This document shows, piece by piece, positions 8,960-17,527 of a stretch of DNA of 27,313 bases. Under the pieces are notes generated by a model that saw nothing but the letters and a program-made list of their open reading frames with translations, had not been told where the DNA came from and did not search any database. Made by a program: the position numbers and the translations under genes. The stretch is taken from the NCBI GenBank assembly GCA_035315885.1, contig DATFXM010000021.1, forward strand, positions 1 through 27,313. The letters run 5' to 3'. This DNA is from Blastocatellia bacterium. GTDB lineage: Bacteria > Acidobacteriota > Blastocatellia > UBA7656. How positions within the stretch are numbered: position 1 is the first letter of the stretch; each line of letters opens with the position of its first letter.

Positions 8960-9472
8960 ATGATCGAACTCATACAAGGCGACATCACTAGTCTAAAAGT
9001 TGATGCCATCGTGAATGCCGCAAACGAGTCGTTGCTCGGAGGCGGCGGCGTTGATGGCGCAATACACCGTGCGGCTGGTCCCGGCCTGCTAATTGAATGT
9101 CGCACGCTCGGTGGGTGCCCAACCGGCGAGGCGAGAATCACGCGCGGATACAAATTGCCGGCGCGTCACGTAATTCATACCGTAGGTCCGGTATGGAATG
9201 GTGGCGGTCAGGGCGAGCCTGAGCTTCTGGCGTCCTGCTACCGCTCGAGTCTGAAGCTCGCTGTTGATAATGGCGTGCGGTCGATTGCATTTCCCGCCAT
9301 CAGTTGCGGCATCTATGGGTATCCGCCTGACAAGGCGTCAGAGATTGCAGTTTCCGAAGCCCGAGAATTTCTGCGCTCGACTTCGGATATCGATCGAATC
9401 GTGTTTGTGTGCTTTGAGAACCAGGTCTACGAGGCGTATCAGCGGTTGCTAGCAAAAGTAGAGGACCGGTGA
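8960..9472 (+). CDS. ymdB: Macrodomain protein (O-acetyl-ADP-ribose deacetylase, YmdB/MacroD-like)
   Basis: 170 aa. GDIT...[21 protein letters not shown] and the catalytic G-I-Y-G region are all present. Confidence 0.85.
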   Translation: MIELIQGDITSLKVDAIVNAANESLLGGGGVDGAIHRAAGPGLLIECRTLGGCPTGEARITRGYKLPARHVIHTVGPVWNGGGQGEPELLASCYRSSLKLAVDNGVRSIAFPAISCGIYGYPPDKASEIAVSEAREFLRSTSDIDRIVFVCFENQVYEAYQRLLAKVEDR

Positions 9473-9939
9473 CACGGAAATACTGCTACGACTATCCAAG
9501 GCCGGCGCTTACCGTCGACATTGTGCTGTTTCGAAGAAACCACGATGTTCACGAGGTATTGTTGATTAAGCGCGGTCGAGAGCCTTTCAAAGACAAGTGG
9601 GCTTTTCCGGGAGGGTTTGTTGATCAGGACGAATCCCTTGAAGATGCCGCCGCGCGAGAACTCGTTGAAGAGACAGGCTTGACCTCGATCAGACTGGAAC
9701 AAATCGGAGCGTTTGGCGATCCGGGCCGAGATCCAAGAGGTCACACGGTAAGCGTCGCGTTTGGCGCAATCATTAACGGCGACGTCAAGGCGGAAGCTGG
9801 CGATGACGCGGCTCAGGTCAAATGGCATTCCGCCGCGCGGCCCGGACCGCTCGCTTTCGATCACAGGAAAATCCTGGCTGTTGCGCTCGATCACTTTCGA
9901 GTCAACGGAGCGCGACGCGCGGTGCGAAAGAAAGTTTGA
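9469..9939 (+). CDS. NUDIX hydrolase (likely ADP-ribose pyrophosphatase)
   Basis: Nudix box [24 protein letters not shown] (GX5EX7REUXEEXGU). GTG start overlaps the macrodomain stop (GTGA at 9469-9472). Confidence 0.8.
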   Translation: MTRKYCYDYPRPALTVDIVLFRRNHDVHEVLLIKRGREPFKDKWAFPGGFVDQDESLEDAAARELVEETGLTSIRLEQIGAFGDPGRDPRGHTVSVAFGAIINGDVKAEAGDDAAQVKWHSAARPGPLAFDHRKILAVALDHFRVNGARRAVRKKV

Positions 9940-9974
9940 GTTCAAATATCGCTTCAGGGTCGACAACCCACAGA

Positions 9975-10451
9975 GTGCAAAACTCGGGTCTGCACGTCGC
10001 GTTGATCGAGCCCGAAATACCTCCGAACACCGGCAACATCGCCAGACTCTGCGGGGCTACCTTTACGCCGCTTCACCTCGTAGGCAAGCTCGGGTTTCGC
10101 ACGGATGACAAGGCGCTGCGCCGCGCGGGCCTCGACTACTGGCAGCACGTTGAGATTCATTATCACCTCAACATCGGCGAGCTTTACAGATTCCTGCCCG
10201 GTTCGCGCTTCTTGTATTTCTCTACGAAAGGGGAGAGGCGCTACGCGGACTTTGAATATTGTGCGGGTGATTGTCTGGTATTTGGCCGGGAGACGAAAGG
10301 ACTGCCCGAAGAGTTATTGCGAGAGAACTGGGACCATTGTCTGACGATTCCGATGCCGAATCCACGCATCAGGTGTTTGAACCTCGCAACGTCTGTAGGG
10401 ATCGTCCTCTACGAAGCTCTACGACAGCTTGAGTCGTTCAGTGAGTCGTAG
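9975..10451 (+). CDS. trmL: tRNA (cytidine/uridine-2'-O)-methyltransferase TrmL (SpoU/TrmH family)
   Basis: The SPOUT fold starts at LHVALIEPEIPPNTGNIARLC, matching the E. coli TrmL N-terminus (IVLYEPEIPPNTGNIIRLC). The start is placed at the in-frame GTG 9975, giving ~158 aa. The ORF-track start at 9822 would add ~50 non-homologous residues overlapping the Nudix gene. Confidence 0.7.
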   Translation: MQNSGLHVALIEPEIPPNTGNIARLCGATFTPLHLVGKLGFRTDDKALRRAGLDYWQHVEIHYHLNIGELYRFLPGSRFLYFSTKGERRYADFEYCAGDCLVFGRETKGLPEELLRENWDHCLTIPMPNPRIRCLNLATSVGIVLYEALRQLESFSES

Positions 10452-10462
10452 AAATAGCTCGG

Positions 10463-10506
10463 GCCGTTGCAGGAGTCCCTAAGCAGCGGCCCGGTTGTTT
10501 TTTCGA
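10463..10506 (+). terminator. Rho-independent terminator after trmL
   Basis: GGGCCGTTGC-(12 nt loop)-GCAGCGGCCC (10-bp stem, 1 mismatch), followed by GGTTGTTTTTTCG. Confidence 0.6.
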
Positions 10507-10523
10507 CAGCCTCGAGAATCGCG

Positions 10524-11666
10524 TTATGGATTCTGCGGAGGCTTGTTGGGGTTATCGGGCGGTTTGCCGTCAGAGTCACGTCGCTTGAGTGTCGGTTTCT
10601 CCTTTGGAGTCTCTTCACCGGACGAAGTACTCTGAGTCTGATCATCCGCATCTTTGCGCCGCTTGAGAGTGGGTCTCTGAGGACCTGTCTGGCGGTTGCC
10701 GTTTGCATCAAGAGTCTTCGAGTTGGTGATCGCGAGCAGCCTGGACTTCACCGAATTGAAATCCGAGGTGGTCACCATGTACTCGTCGCGATCGGGAAAA
10801 CGCGCAAGAAGGTCATGGACTTTGGTGATGCGATCGGGTGTAGGCGGATGCGTTCCGAAGAGTTTCGACAGAGTGCCGGGTTTCCCTTTTTCCTTCTTCT
10901 CGAGTTTCTCAAAGAAAGTGAGGAACTGATTCGGGTCATAACCGGCCGCCCAGAGGTATTGAGCCCCGAGCCTGTCTGCCTCGGCTTCGGCGCCGCGAGT
11001 GAATTTTAAGAACGTAAGAGGAACGCCGATCTGGTAAGCCTGATACGCTATGGCGCCAAGTCCGCCGCTCAGAAAGATGAGCGGGATGAAGGCGTAGTTG
11101 GCGATCGTAGCTTTTGAGGCCTGTTCGACTCCGTGACGCGCCGCCACGTGACCGATCTCGTGGGCCATAACTCCGGCGAGCTCTGCTTCGTTGTCTGCGG
11201 CAAGGATGGCGCCCTTGTTCACGTACAGGAAGCCGCCCGGCAACGCGAACGCGTTGACGTCATCGGAATCCAGGACCTTGATCGTGAATGGAATCTTTGC
11301 GTCGGAGTGCAGTGCGAGGTTTTGGCCGACGCGGTTGACGTATTCGGTGACAACCGGGTCGTCGATGAACTTGCCCTGCCGGTCGACGTCGGCTGCTAGT
11401 TGTCTCCCAAGCGCTACTTCCTTATTAAGAGAGTAGAAATCAATCTGGTGCTTGTTTATGTTGCGCTTCCCAATAAGCAGGGGGTTCTCCTCTTCAGAGA
11501 GCTTACCCTTTGGAGCAGAAGCATCGGCTTGCGATGCGGCAGTCTTGTCGTCGGGCTTCGTTGCCGTTGGTTTGTTGTCTTTGCTATCCGCAAGTAGCGT
11601 CGTGGGGAGGGCGAACAACAATGCGAGCGCGATAGCAGCCACGCGTTTCAGAACCGGTGCGTTCAT
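10524..11666 (-). CDS. Secreted M48-family zinc metallopeptidase (BepA/YcaL-like) with a Lys/Pro-rich repetitive C-terminal tail
   Basis: HEIGH zinc motif (MAHEIGHVAARH). Signal peptide MNAPVLKRVAAIALALLFALPTTLLA. The start is placed at ATG 11666, with GGAG 8 nt upstream. The C-terminal tail contains PTLKRR twice. Confidence 0.8.
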   Translation of the reverse strand: MNAPVLKRVAAIALALLFALPTTLLADSKDNKPTATKPDDKTAASQADASAPKGKLSEEENPLLIGKRNINKHQIDFYSLNKEVALGRQLAADVDRQGKFIDDPVVTEYVNRVGQNLALHSDAKIPFTIKVLDSDDVNAFALPGGFLYVNKGAILAADNEAELAGVMAHEIGHVAARHGVEQASKATIANYAFIPLIFLSGGLGAIAYQAYQIGVPLTFLKFTRGAEAEADRLGAQYLWAAGYDPNQFLTFFEKLEKKEKGKPGTLSKLFGTHPPTPDRITKVHDLLARFPDRDEYMVTTSDFNSVKSRLLAITNSKTLDANGNRQTGPQRPTLKRRKDADDQTQSTSSGEETPKEKPTLKRRDSDGKPPDNPNKPPQNP

Positions 11667-11794
11667 CGCCGGGACTCCTTTCGTCAAACTACTGGAGGGT
11701 CCACACAGGCAGGCCGCTCACGACACAAAGTGTAACACACCCTGAAACTGCGTCAAAAATAAAATGCAGCTCTAAATGCAAGCCTTTAATGTAA

Positions 11795-11880
11795 GAGCCG
11801 AGGGCTCAGGGGTGAGCGCTGAGGGCTCCGGCTGAGTGCTGAGTTTGTTGGTCTCTCGGTACTCAGCACTCAGCACTACT
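11795..11880. repeat. Heptamer-array palindromic element E4 (GCTGAGT / ACTCAGC arms)
   Basis: gctgagtgctgagt (11830-11843) ... actcagcactcagcact (11861-11877). The right arm overlaps the stop codon of the zinc-ribbon gene. Confidence 0.65.
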
Positions 11881-12376
11881 CCTTAAGCTGTGTCATCCCG
11901 AAGATCGTTACCACGTCGAGGTGAAGTCGTACCGGCGCTTCATCGTACCCTGGCGGCTTTTCGTCCATAGTGCTGAAGAAACCGTTCCCCAGATTGCCGC
12001 CGCTTACGCTTACGTTGCCGAAAATCCCGAGCCCGCTGATCCACACTGCGGCGTCATCGGGAACGAAAAGGTCCACGGTCCCAAAAATCGAAACAATTGA
12101 CAGGTGAGTTTCGCCTTCCGGCAAAAGATCAGAGCGTAAGTCGATGGCTACCGTGCCGAAGACTGCCACCGCGCTGTGCCCGTTCAGGTCACGGCCGGCG
12201 TTCGACAGCTCCTGACTGTTGAAGATCGCGAGAGTACTGCCGCCTCCGCGCTGCACTCCGACCGGTCGCCCGGCCAGAGGCTCGCCGAGAGCGCCCATAA
12301 CAGGCTCGAGGTTTGTTCCGCAGGCGCGGCAAAACTTTGCGTTGAGGGACTCCGCGCCGCACTTTGGACAGAACAT
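11876..12376 (-). CDS. Zinc-ribbon protein with a LiaF-C-terminal-like (DUF2154-like) beta-repeat domain
   Basis: N-terminal CPKCG...CRACG zinc ribbon. C-terminal repeated (V/I)FG(T/N)V strands (VFGTVAIDL, IFGTVDLFVP, IFGNVSVSG, IFGMTQL) as in LiaF/YvqF C-domains. GGAGG RBS lies 7 nt upstream of the ATG. Confidence 0.6.
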   Translation of the reverse strand: MFCPKCGAESLNAKFCRACGTNLEPVMGALGEPLAGRPVGVQRGGGSTLAIFNSQELSNAGRDLNGHSAVAVFGTVAIDLRSDLLPEGETHLSIVSIFGTVDLFVPDDAAVWISGLGIFGNVSVSGGNLGNGFFSTMDEKPPGYDEAPVRLHLDVVTIFGMTQLKE

Positions 12377-12520
12377 TCGGTGGATTCCTCCGCAAGTCGA
12401 AACCTAACGATTATAGATACTCAGGTAAAAGTAAAGGTTAGAGAGGCCGTAGTCCTCGTTTGGTTCTGACTGAACAAAATCGTCGCTGCCCCGCTAGTAT
12501 CCGCGAGGTTAGAGAGAGAT

Positions 12521-12550
12521 TTTCTTGACCCGGAGCGCCTGGTCTATAAT
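12521..12550 (+). promoter_or_regulatory. Putative sigma-70-type promoter for the CarbopepD/TPR gene
   Basis: Perfect TATAAT at 12545-12550. The TTGACC -35 box at 12525-12530 has a 14-nt spacer, or a weaker TCTTGA with a 16-nt spacer. The ATG lies 32 nt downstream, with an AAGGGAG RBS. Confidence 0.4.
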
Positions 12551-12581
12551 TGCCGAATCTACCTCGAAAAGGGAGCCCTCG

Positions 12582-13616
12582 ATGACCCGGCGAGTGATCA
12601 TCACGCGCACGATTGTACTTCCCGCGGCAACCTTGTTTCTTTTGGTCGTCTGTGGCGGGTTCGTTAGCGAATCAATGCAGCAGAACATGATCCGTGGAAA
12701 GGTCCGCGCGGCGGATGGTACCACGGTTAACAACGCCATAGTCGAACTCAGAATAGGCGGCGGGGGAATGATATCTCAGAAGGTTACTCACAACGATGGA
12801 GACTTCGCGTTCAATGGTCTCGCAAGCGGCGAGTACGAGGTCGCGGTGACTGTAGCGGGATTTGAGCCGGCGGCGCAGACCGTCAGGTTTACTGAAAACG
12901 ATCGCATGAACTTCATGGAAGTAGTCTCCGTGGAGATCATGATTCGCGCCAAGCCCGACCCAAATGCGTTTCTCTCACCGCCGGGAGTGAGTTTTGTTCA
13001 AGAGGTGCCAAAAGCGGCTCGCAGCAGTTATGAAAAAGGCGTCGGCAAGCTCAAGGAAGGGAAACCCGACGAAGGCGTAGCGCTGTTGCGCGAAGCCATA
13101 GCCGGATTCAATGACTATTTCGATGCGCACTTCTCTTTGGCCAAGGAGCTTTTTCGGCAGGGCAAAGATGCCGAAGCTCTCGAGGAACTTGAGCGCGCCA
13201 GACAAATCAACGACCGCCAGGATGCAGTGTTCTTCCTATTCGGCATGGTGATGCTCAAGCAACAGAAGTTTGTCATAGCCGAATACGCGTTTCGCGAAGC
13301 GCTGAGACTGAATCCCAACAATGTGGGCTCGCGGTTTTACCACGGCGTAGCGCTAATTGAAATCGCCGGTCGGAGCAAAGATCAGACGCAGAGCGTTTCG
13401 GACCTCACTGAAGCAGAGAAGGAGCTCAATCGCGCTTACGATATGAGCGAACGGAAACTGAGCGCGGTTTTTTACCAGAGGGCGCGGATTTGCGAGCGGC
13501 GCGGCGACAACGCGGGCGCCGCCAGGGAACTGGAGAACTACCTCAAGGCTGATCCCGATGCCAAGAACGCCGCACAGATTCGAGAGAAGATCACCAAATT
13601 GCGCAGCCGGCGTTGA
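12582..13616 (+). CDS. Membrane-anchored carboxypeptidase-regulatory-like domain plus TPR-repeat protein
   Basis: N-terminal TM helix, a CarbopepD_reg-like beta-sandwich (IRGKVRAADGTTVNNAIVELRIGGG...EYEVAVTVAGFE), then ~4 TPR-like helical repeats. The start is placed at ATG 12582, with GGGAG 6 nt upstream. Confidence 0.7.
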   Translation: MTRRVIITRTIVLPAATLFLLVVCGGFVSESMQQNMIRGKVRAADGTTVNNAIVELRIGGGGMISQKVTHNDGDFAFNGLASGEYEVAVTVAGFEPAAQTVRFTENDRMNFMEVVSVEIMIRAKPDPNAFLSPPGVSFVQEVPKAARSSYEKGVGKLKEGKPDEGVALLREAIAGFNDYFDAHFSLAKELFRQGKDAEALEELERARQINDRQDAVFFLFGMVMLKQQKFVIAEYAFREALRLNPNNVGSRFYHGVALIEIAGRSKDQTQSVSDLTEAEKELNRAYDMSERKLSAVFYQRARICERRGDNAGAARELENYLKADPDAKNAAQIREKITKLRSRR

Positions 13617-13620
13617 CAAA

Positions 13621-13717
13621 GGAGAGTAGGCAGTAGGCAGTTAGTTTCGTGGTTTCTGGTTCCTTCTTTCTGGTTCGCGTGCGTGTCTGATTTCTTAGAG
13701 CCTACTGCCTACTCTCC
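13621..13717. repeat. Heptamer-array palindromic element E5 (GTAGGCA / TGCCTAC outer arms, GGTTTCT inner repeats)
   Basis: ggagagtaggcagtaggcag ... gtttcgtggtttctggttccttctttctggttc ... gcctactgcctactctcc. GTTGAC lies immediately on both flanks (13612-13617 and 13719-13724). Confidence 0.7.
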
Positions 13718-13848
13718 TGTTGACGCATCCGTTCTCTTCGCTTATCATCCGTCAATCTCGCGTGTTTTTCAGTCGTCAGGCCTGAAACGCACCATCGCTT
13801 GCAAGTTTCGAAACAGCTCCCGAGTCAAAGCCATTGGAGGTCCTGGTT

Positions 13849-15795
13849 ATGCGGTTACGTGGAGTCTGTTTGTTCGCGGCCATCGTCGTGGCTAGTTCCA
13901 TTGCAACTGTGCGGGCCCAGGGATCTGATCCCTACTCCCGCAACATGCAAAAAGAACAGCGGATCATCGATAAGCTAAAGGCCATTGCGCCGCAACAAGT
14001 CGACAACTTTACTGCCGCCACCAAGGCAATCGATCGTGCAGATAACGAAACGGCCGCCAAACTTTATTACGAGGTGTTGAAGGCAGCACCCGATTTCGAT
14101 CCTGCTATGAGGCGCCTGGGCGGCGCATTGATCAGCTCGGGACATGCACGCGAAGGTTTCGCTCTGTTGAACCAGGCGGTAGCCAAGAATCGCAGCCCGG
14201 AGAATTTGATAACCCTCGCGCAAGCCTTGGCCATGTCGGGGAACGACACCAACACCAAGAAGGAAGAGAGACAGCAAGCGTTGTCGTTGGCTGCGGAAGC
14301 CAATCACCTCAACGAGGACACAACTGACCTCGGCTATCCGTTGGTGCTCGCAAACGTGAGCCTTCAGCAGCGGAATGAGGCCGAGTTTCGCTTCGCGACA
14401 TCGCTGTTGGAGTCGCGGTTCCCCGACTTGATGTTCACGCACTACTGCAAGGCGCTGCGGGCCGCGATGGACGAGAGGTGGATCGAGGCCGAGAACGAAA
14501 TCAATAAAGCACAAAAGCTGGGACTATCGCCTGATACGGCGGCCGCCTTTCTCAACGACGGCGTGCATACGCGCGCTCAAATGTGGCGATACGGATATCT
14601 GGCCGCGTTCCTTGTGATAGCGTGGCTGACCGGCCTTCTGTTGTTGCTGGTGGGCGGCAAGCTGCTTTCAGGTGCGACGCTGAAGTCGATCGAAAACTCG
14701 GACCCTAACTCGACGATCGCTGGCAAAGAAATCTCTCTCAGGCGTTGGTACCGAAAAGTGATCAACGTGGCGGGAGTGTATTACTACATCTCGTTGCCTT
14801 TCGTGATTTTTCTGGTCCTTGCACTTGCGGCGGGCCTAACGTACGGGTTTTTGTTGCTCGGCCGAATTCCCATCAAGTTGCTTTTGATCATTGATCTGGG
14901 CGCGCTCATCACCGTGTACAAGATGATTCGATCGTTGTTTATCAGGATCGAAGCTGAAGATCCGGGTCGCAGCCTTCAAGAGCAGGAGGCCCCTGGGCTT
15001 TGGAGTCTGGTCCGGCAAGTAGCCGATACGATCGGCACACGGCCAGTCGATGAGATACGCGTGACTCCGGGAACCGAGCTCGCAGTTTACGAAACCGGAA
15101 GTTGGCGGGAGCGCGCCAACGACTCGGGGCGTCGCAAGCTCATCCTGGGTGTAGCGACCCTGAACGGGTTCAAGCAGGACGCGTTTCGTGCAGTGCTGGC
15201 GCACGAGTACGGGCATTTGTCCCATCGGGATACTGCCGGCGGCGATGTTGCTCTCCGAGTAAACCAGGACATCATGAAGTTCGCCAACGCGATGGCTTTG
15301 GCAGGACAGGCGGTGTGGTGGAACCTGGCGATTCACTTTCTCAGGGTATACCACTTCATCTTCAGGCGGATCAGTCACGGTGCTACAAGGCTTCAGGAGG
15401 TCTTGGCGGACAGAGTCGCCGTGCGCAACTTCGGGCTGGCAGCGTTCGAAGAAGGACTCACTCACGCGATTCGTCGTTCGTACGAATTCGAACACGTGGT
15501 CACCGGTGAGGCGAGCGAAGCCGTTCAGCAACGCAGGTCACTCAGGAACCTCTACGGCCTGCCCGATGAGACGACGGTGTCAGTCGAAGACAAGATTAAG
15601 GAAGCACTCAACCGCGAGACATCGGAAGACGACACGCACCCAAGTCCTGTAGAGAGGTTCAGGCTTGCGAGGCGTATACACTCGAATTCTCCAGAACCGG
15701 CCCCCGGGCTGGTCTGGGAACTGTTCGTCGATCGCGAAGGTCTCACCAAAGAGATGAGCGAGCTCGTAGACCGAGAGCTTCATTCAGTTTCCTGA
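13849..15795 (+). CDS. Membrane M48-family zinc metalloprotease with an N-terminal periplasmic TPR-like domain
   Basis: Signal peptide, ~230 aa TPR-like helical region, three TM helices, HEYGH zinc motif (VLAHEYGHLSHRD) and the C-terminal HtpX-like motif THPSPVERFRLARRI. The start is placed at ATG 13849, with GGAGG 8 nt upstream. Confidence 0.75.
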   Translation: MRLRGVCLFAAIVVASSIATVRAQGSDPYSRNMQKEQRIIDKLKAIAPQQVDNFTAATKAIDRADNETAAKLYYEVLKAAPDFDPAMRRLGGALISSGHAREGFALLNQAVAKNRSPENLITLAQALAMSGNDTNTKKEERQQALSLAAEANHLNEDTTDLGYPLVLANVSLQQRNEAEFRFATSLLESRFPDLMFTHYCKALRAAMDERWIEAENEINKAQKLGLSPDTAAAFLNDGVHTRAQMWRYGYLAAFLVIAWLTGLLLLLVGGKLLSGATLKSIENSDPNSTIAGKEISLRRWYRKVINVAGVYYYISLPFVIFLVLALAAGLTYGFLLLGRIPIKLLLIIDLGALITVYKMIRSLFIRIEAEDPGRSLQEQEAPGLWSLVRQVADTIGTRPVDEIRVTPGTELAVYETGSWRERANDSGRRKLILGVATLNGFKQDAFRAVLAHEYGHLSHRDTAGGDVALRVNQDIMKFANAMALAGQAVWWNLAIHFLRVYHFIFRRISHGATRLQEVLADRVAVRNFGLAAFEEGLTHAIRRSYEFEHVVTGEASEAVQQRRSLRNLYGLPDETTVSVEDKIKEALNRETSEDDTHPSPVERFRLARRIHSNSPEPAPGLVWELFVDREGLTKEMSELVDRELHSVS

Positions 15796-15822
15796 ACAAG
15801 CAGATTCTGGAACGAAGAACTC

Positions 15823-17394
15823 TTATTTGTCGCTTCGAGATCCATCTACCGGCGCCTGAAGAGACGATAAGAACTCGCGAACAACTTGTTTGACGTCGCG
15901 CTTCTCGCCGTCCACCGCGTAGTTCAGCTTTCGCATGTCGGCATCAGTGATCTTGCCAGCCAGAGACTCCAGCGCGGCTAATATCTCCGGCGATCGCTCC
16001 AGCGTCGCCTTTCGGAACACGGGCGCTGCCTCGTACGGTGGAAAGTAGTGTCGATCGTCGGTTAGTTGATAGAGATTCAGTTTATCGATCAACCCGTCTG
16101 TAGAGTTGCCGGCGATCACGTCTACCTGGCCGCCTGCAAGAGCTCTGTACGTTAGCGAAAGGTCCATCTCACGTGGAGGCTCGCCGAATCTCAAGCCGTA
16201 GGTGTGCACCAGACCGGGATAACCGTCCTTCCGATTGATGAAGTCCTGACCGAAGCCGGCGTGCAATCTCGGCGCGACGGCGGCGAGGTCCGAAATGGCT
16301 TTTAGATGAAGGTTGGCCGCATCCTGACCTCGCACCAGTATTGCAAAGGTGTTCTGAAACCCGAGTGGTGAAAGCCACTCAAGTCCGAACTGCGATTGGT
16401 ACTCGCTTTTGACTTGATTGTAGACTTCGCGCGGATCGGTTAGTGGCTCGTGCTTGAGAATCGCAGTAAACGCGGTTCCGGTGTACTCGACGTAGCCGTC
16501 GATCTCGCCATCCACAAGCGCCCGATGACAGAGGTCACCCCCGAGCTCGAACTGGCGTTTGACCTCGATGCCGGTTCGGGACTCGATGAGCTGAGCAGTC
16601 ATTTCGCCGAGAATAACCTGTTCAGTGAAGTCCTTCGATCCAACTACAATTTGGTGCGTTTCAGTCCTGGAAAAAACAATGCTCGCCACGGCTACGGTGG
16701 CTATTAGAACCGTTGCGCCAACGAGCCTGCGAGCGCGGTGCTGACTTCTTATCCTGGACGGCGCGAGTGATCTCTCAACCAGCCCGAGCAAGAAGTCAGC
16801 CGCAAGGGCCATCAACGCGGCAGGAAGTGCGCCTGCCAACACCAGAGTGTTGTCACTCATTCGGAGGCCGCGAAAGATAAGGGTGCCCAGCCCGCCCGCG
16901 CCGATTGCCGCTGCGATAGTGGCAGTGCCGACGGCGATCACCGTAGCGACGCGGACGCCTGCGATGATTACCCCCATCGCCAGCGGCAGCTCTACCTGCA
17001 AGAGCATCTGCCGGTCGGTCATTCCCATCCCGCGTGCGGCTTCTTTGACCGCGGGATCGACGCCATTGATGCCCGTGAAGGTGTTGCGGATTATTGGGAG
17101 GAGAGAGTACAGGAACAGTGCGATTATTGCCGGCAGGCGTCCGATGCCGTACCTGCCCAGTATCGGAATCAGAAAGCCGAACAGCGCCAGACTCGGAATG
17201 GTTTGAAGCACGTTAGCGATGCCAAGCACCGGTTTGCTGAGAGATGGCTTGCGAGTCAATAGAACGCCGATCGGCAGGCCAGCGGCGGTCGCCGCTGCCG
17301 TTGCAATCGCAACCAGGATGAGGTGCTCGAGCGCAAGTTGCCCAACCTGGGTCCGATTGTTGATCAGGAATTCGAAGAGTCGGCTCATTATCAC
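15823..17394 (-). CDS. ABC transporter permease fused to a C-terminal betaine-type substrate-binding domain (OpuC/ProWX/EgtU architecture)
   Basis: 523 aa. The N-terminal ~210 aa form a BPD-transport TMD of ProW/OpuCB type (EAA-like loop). The C-terminal ~290 aa form an OpuAC/ProX-family periplasmic binding domain. Confidence 0.85.
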   Translation of the reverse strand: MIMSRLFEFLINNRTQVGQLALEHLILVAIATAAATAAGLPIGVLLTRKPSLSKPVLGIANVLQTIPSLALFGFLIPILGRYGIGRLPAIIALFLYSLLPIIRNTFTGINGVDPAVKEAARGMGMTDRQMLLQVELPLAMGVIIAGVRVATVIAVGTATIAAAIGAGGLGTLIFRGLRMSDNTLVLAGALPAALMALAADFLLGLVERSLAPSRIRSQHRARRLVGATVLIATVAVASIVFSRTETHQIVVGSKDFTEQVILGEMTAQLIESRTGIEVKRQFELGGDLCHRALVDGEIDGYVEYTGTAFTAILKHEPLTDPREVYNQVKSEYQSQFGLEWLSPLGFQNTFAILVRGQDAANLHLKAISDLAAVAPRLHAGFGQDFINRKDGYPGLVHTYGLRFGEPPREMDLSLTYRALAGGQVDVIAGNSTDGLIDKLNLYQLTDDRHYFPPYEAAPVFRKATLERSPEILAALESLAGKITDADMRKLNYAVDGEKRDVKQVVREFLSSLQAPVDGSRSDK

Positions 17395-17402
17395 TCGGGG
17401 CG

Positions 17403-17527
17403 GTTTAGAGTTTAGGGTTTAGGGTTTCTGTTTCGAGTTTCTGGTTGCTGGTTCCCTTGTCGCGGCGCTTGGTTCCTGGAGCTTCGCGCTGTCAATCAAA
17501 CCAGAACCAGAAACCCGAAACCCTCTA
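17403..17527. repeat. Heptamer-array palindromic element E6 (GTTTAGG / GGTTTCT family), intercistronic between the ABC ATPase and permease genes
   Basis: Left arm gtttagagtttagggtttagggtttctgtttcgagtttctggttgctggttcc. Right arm aaaccagaaccagaaacccgaaaccctc, which overlaps the ATPase stop codon. Confidence 0.7.

Noticed and set aside
8840-8977. Extended N-terminus of the HAD hydrolase ORF
   Set aside because: It would translate through repeat element E3. The HAD motif I (FDFDGTL) sits 7 residues after the GTG at 8839, which has a GGAGAA RBS.
9822-9974. Extended N-terminus of the trmL ORF starting at ATG 9822
   Set aside because: It would add ~50 Arg/Ser-rich residues with no homology to TrmL and would overlap the NUDIX CDS by 118 nt. 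TrmL homology begins at the in-frame GTG 9975.
12525-12581. TTG start at 12525 for the CarbopepD/TPR gene (ORF-track start)
   Set aside because: That TTG is the TTGACC -35-like hexamer upstream of a perfect TATAAT. The ATG at 12582 has a GGGAG RBS, and the signal-anchor sequence begins there.
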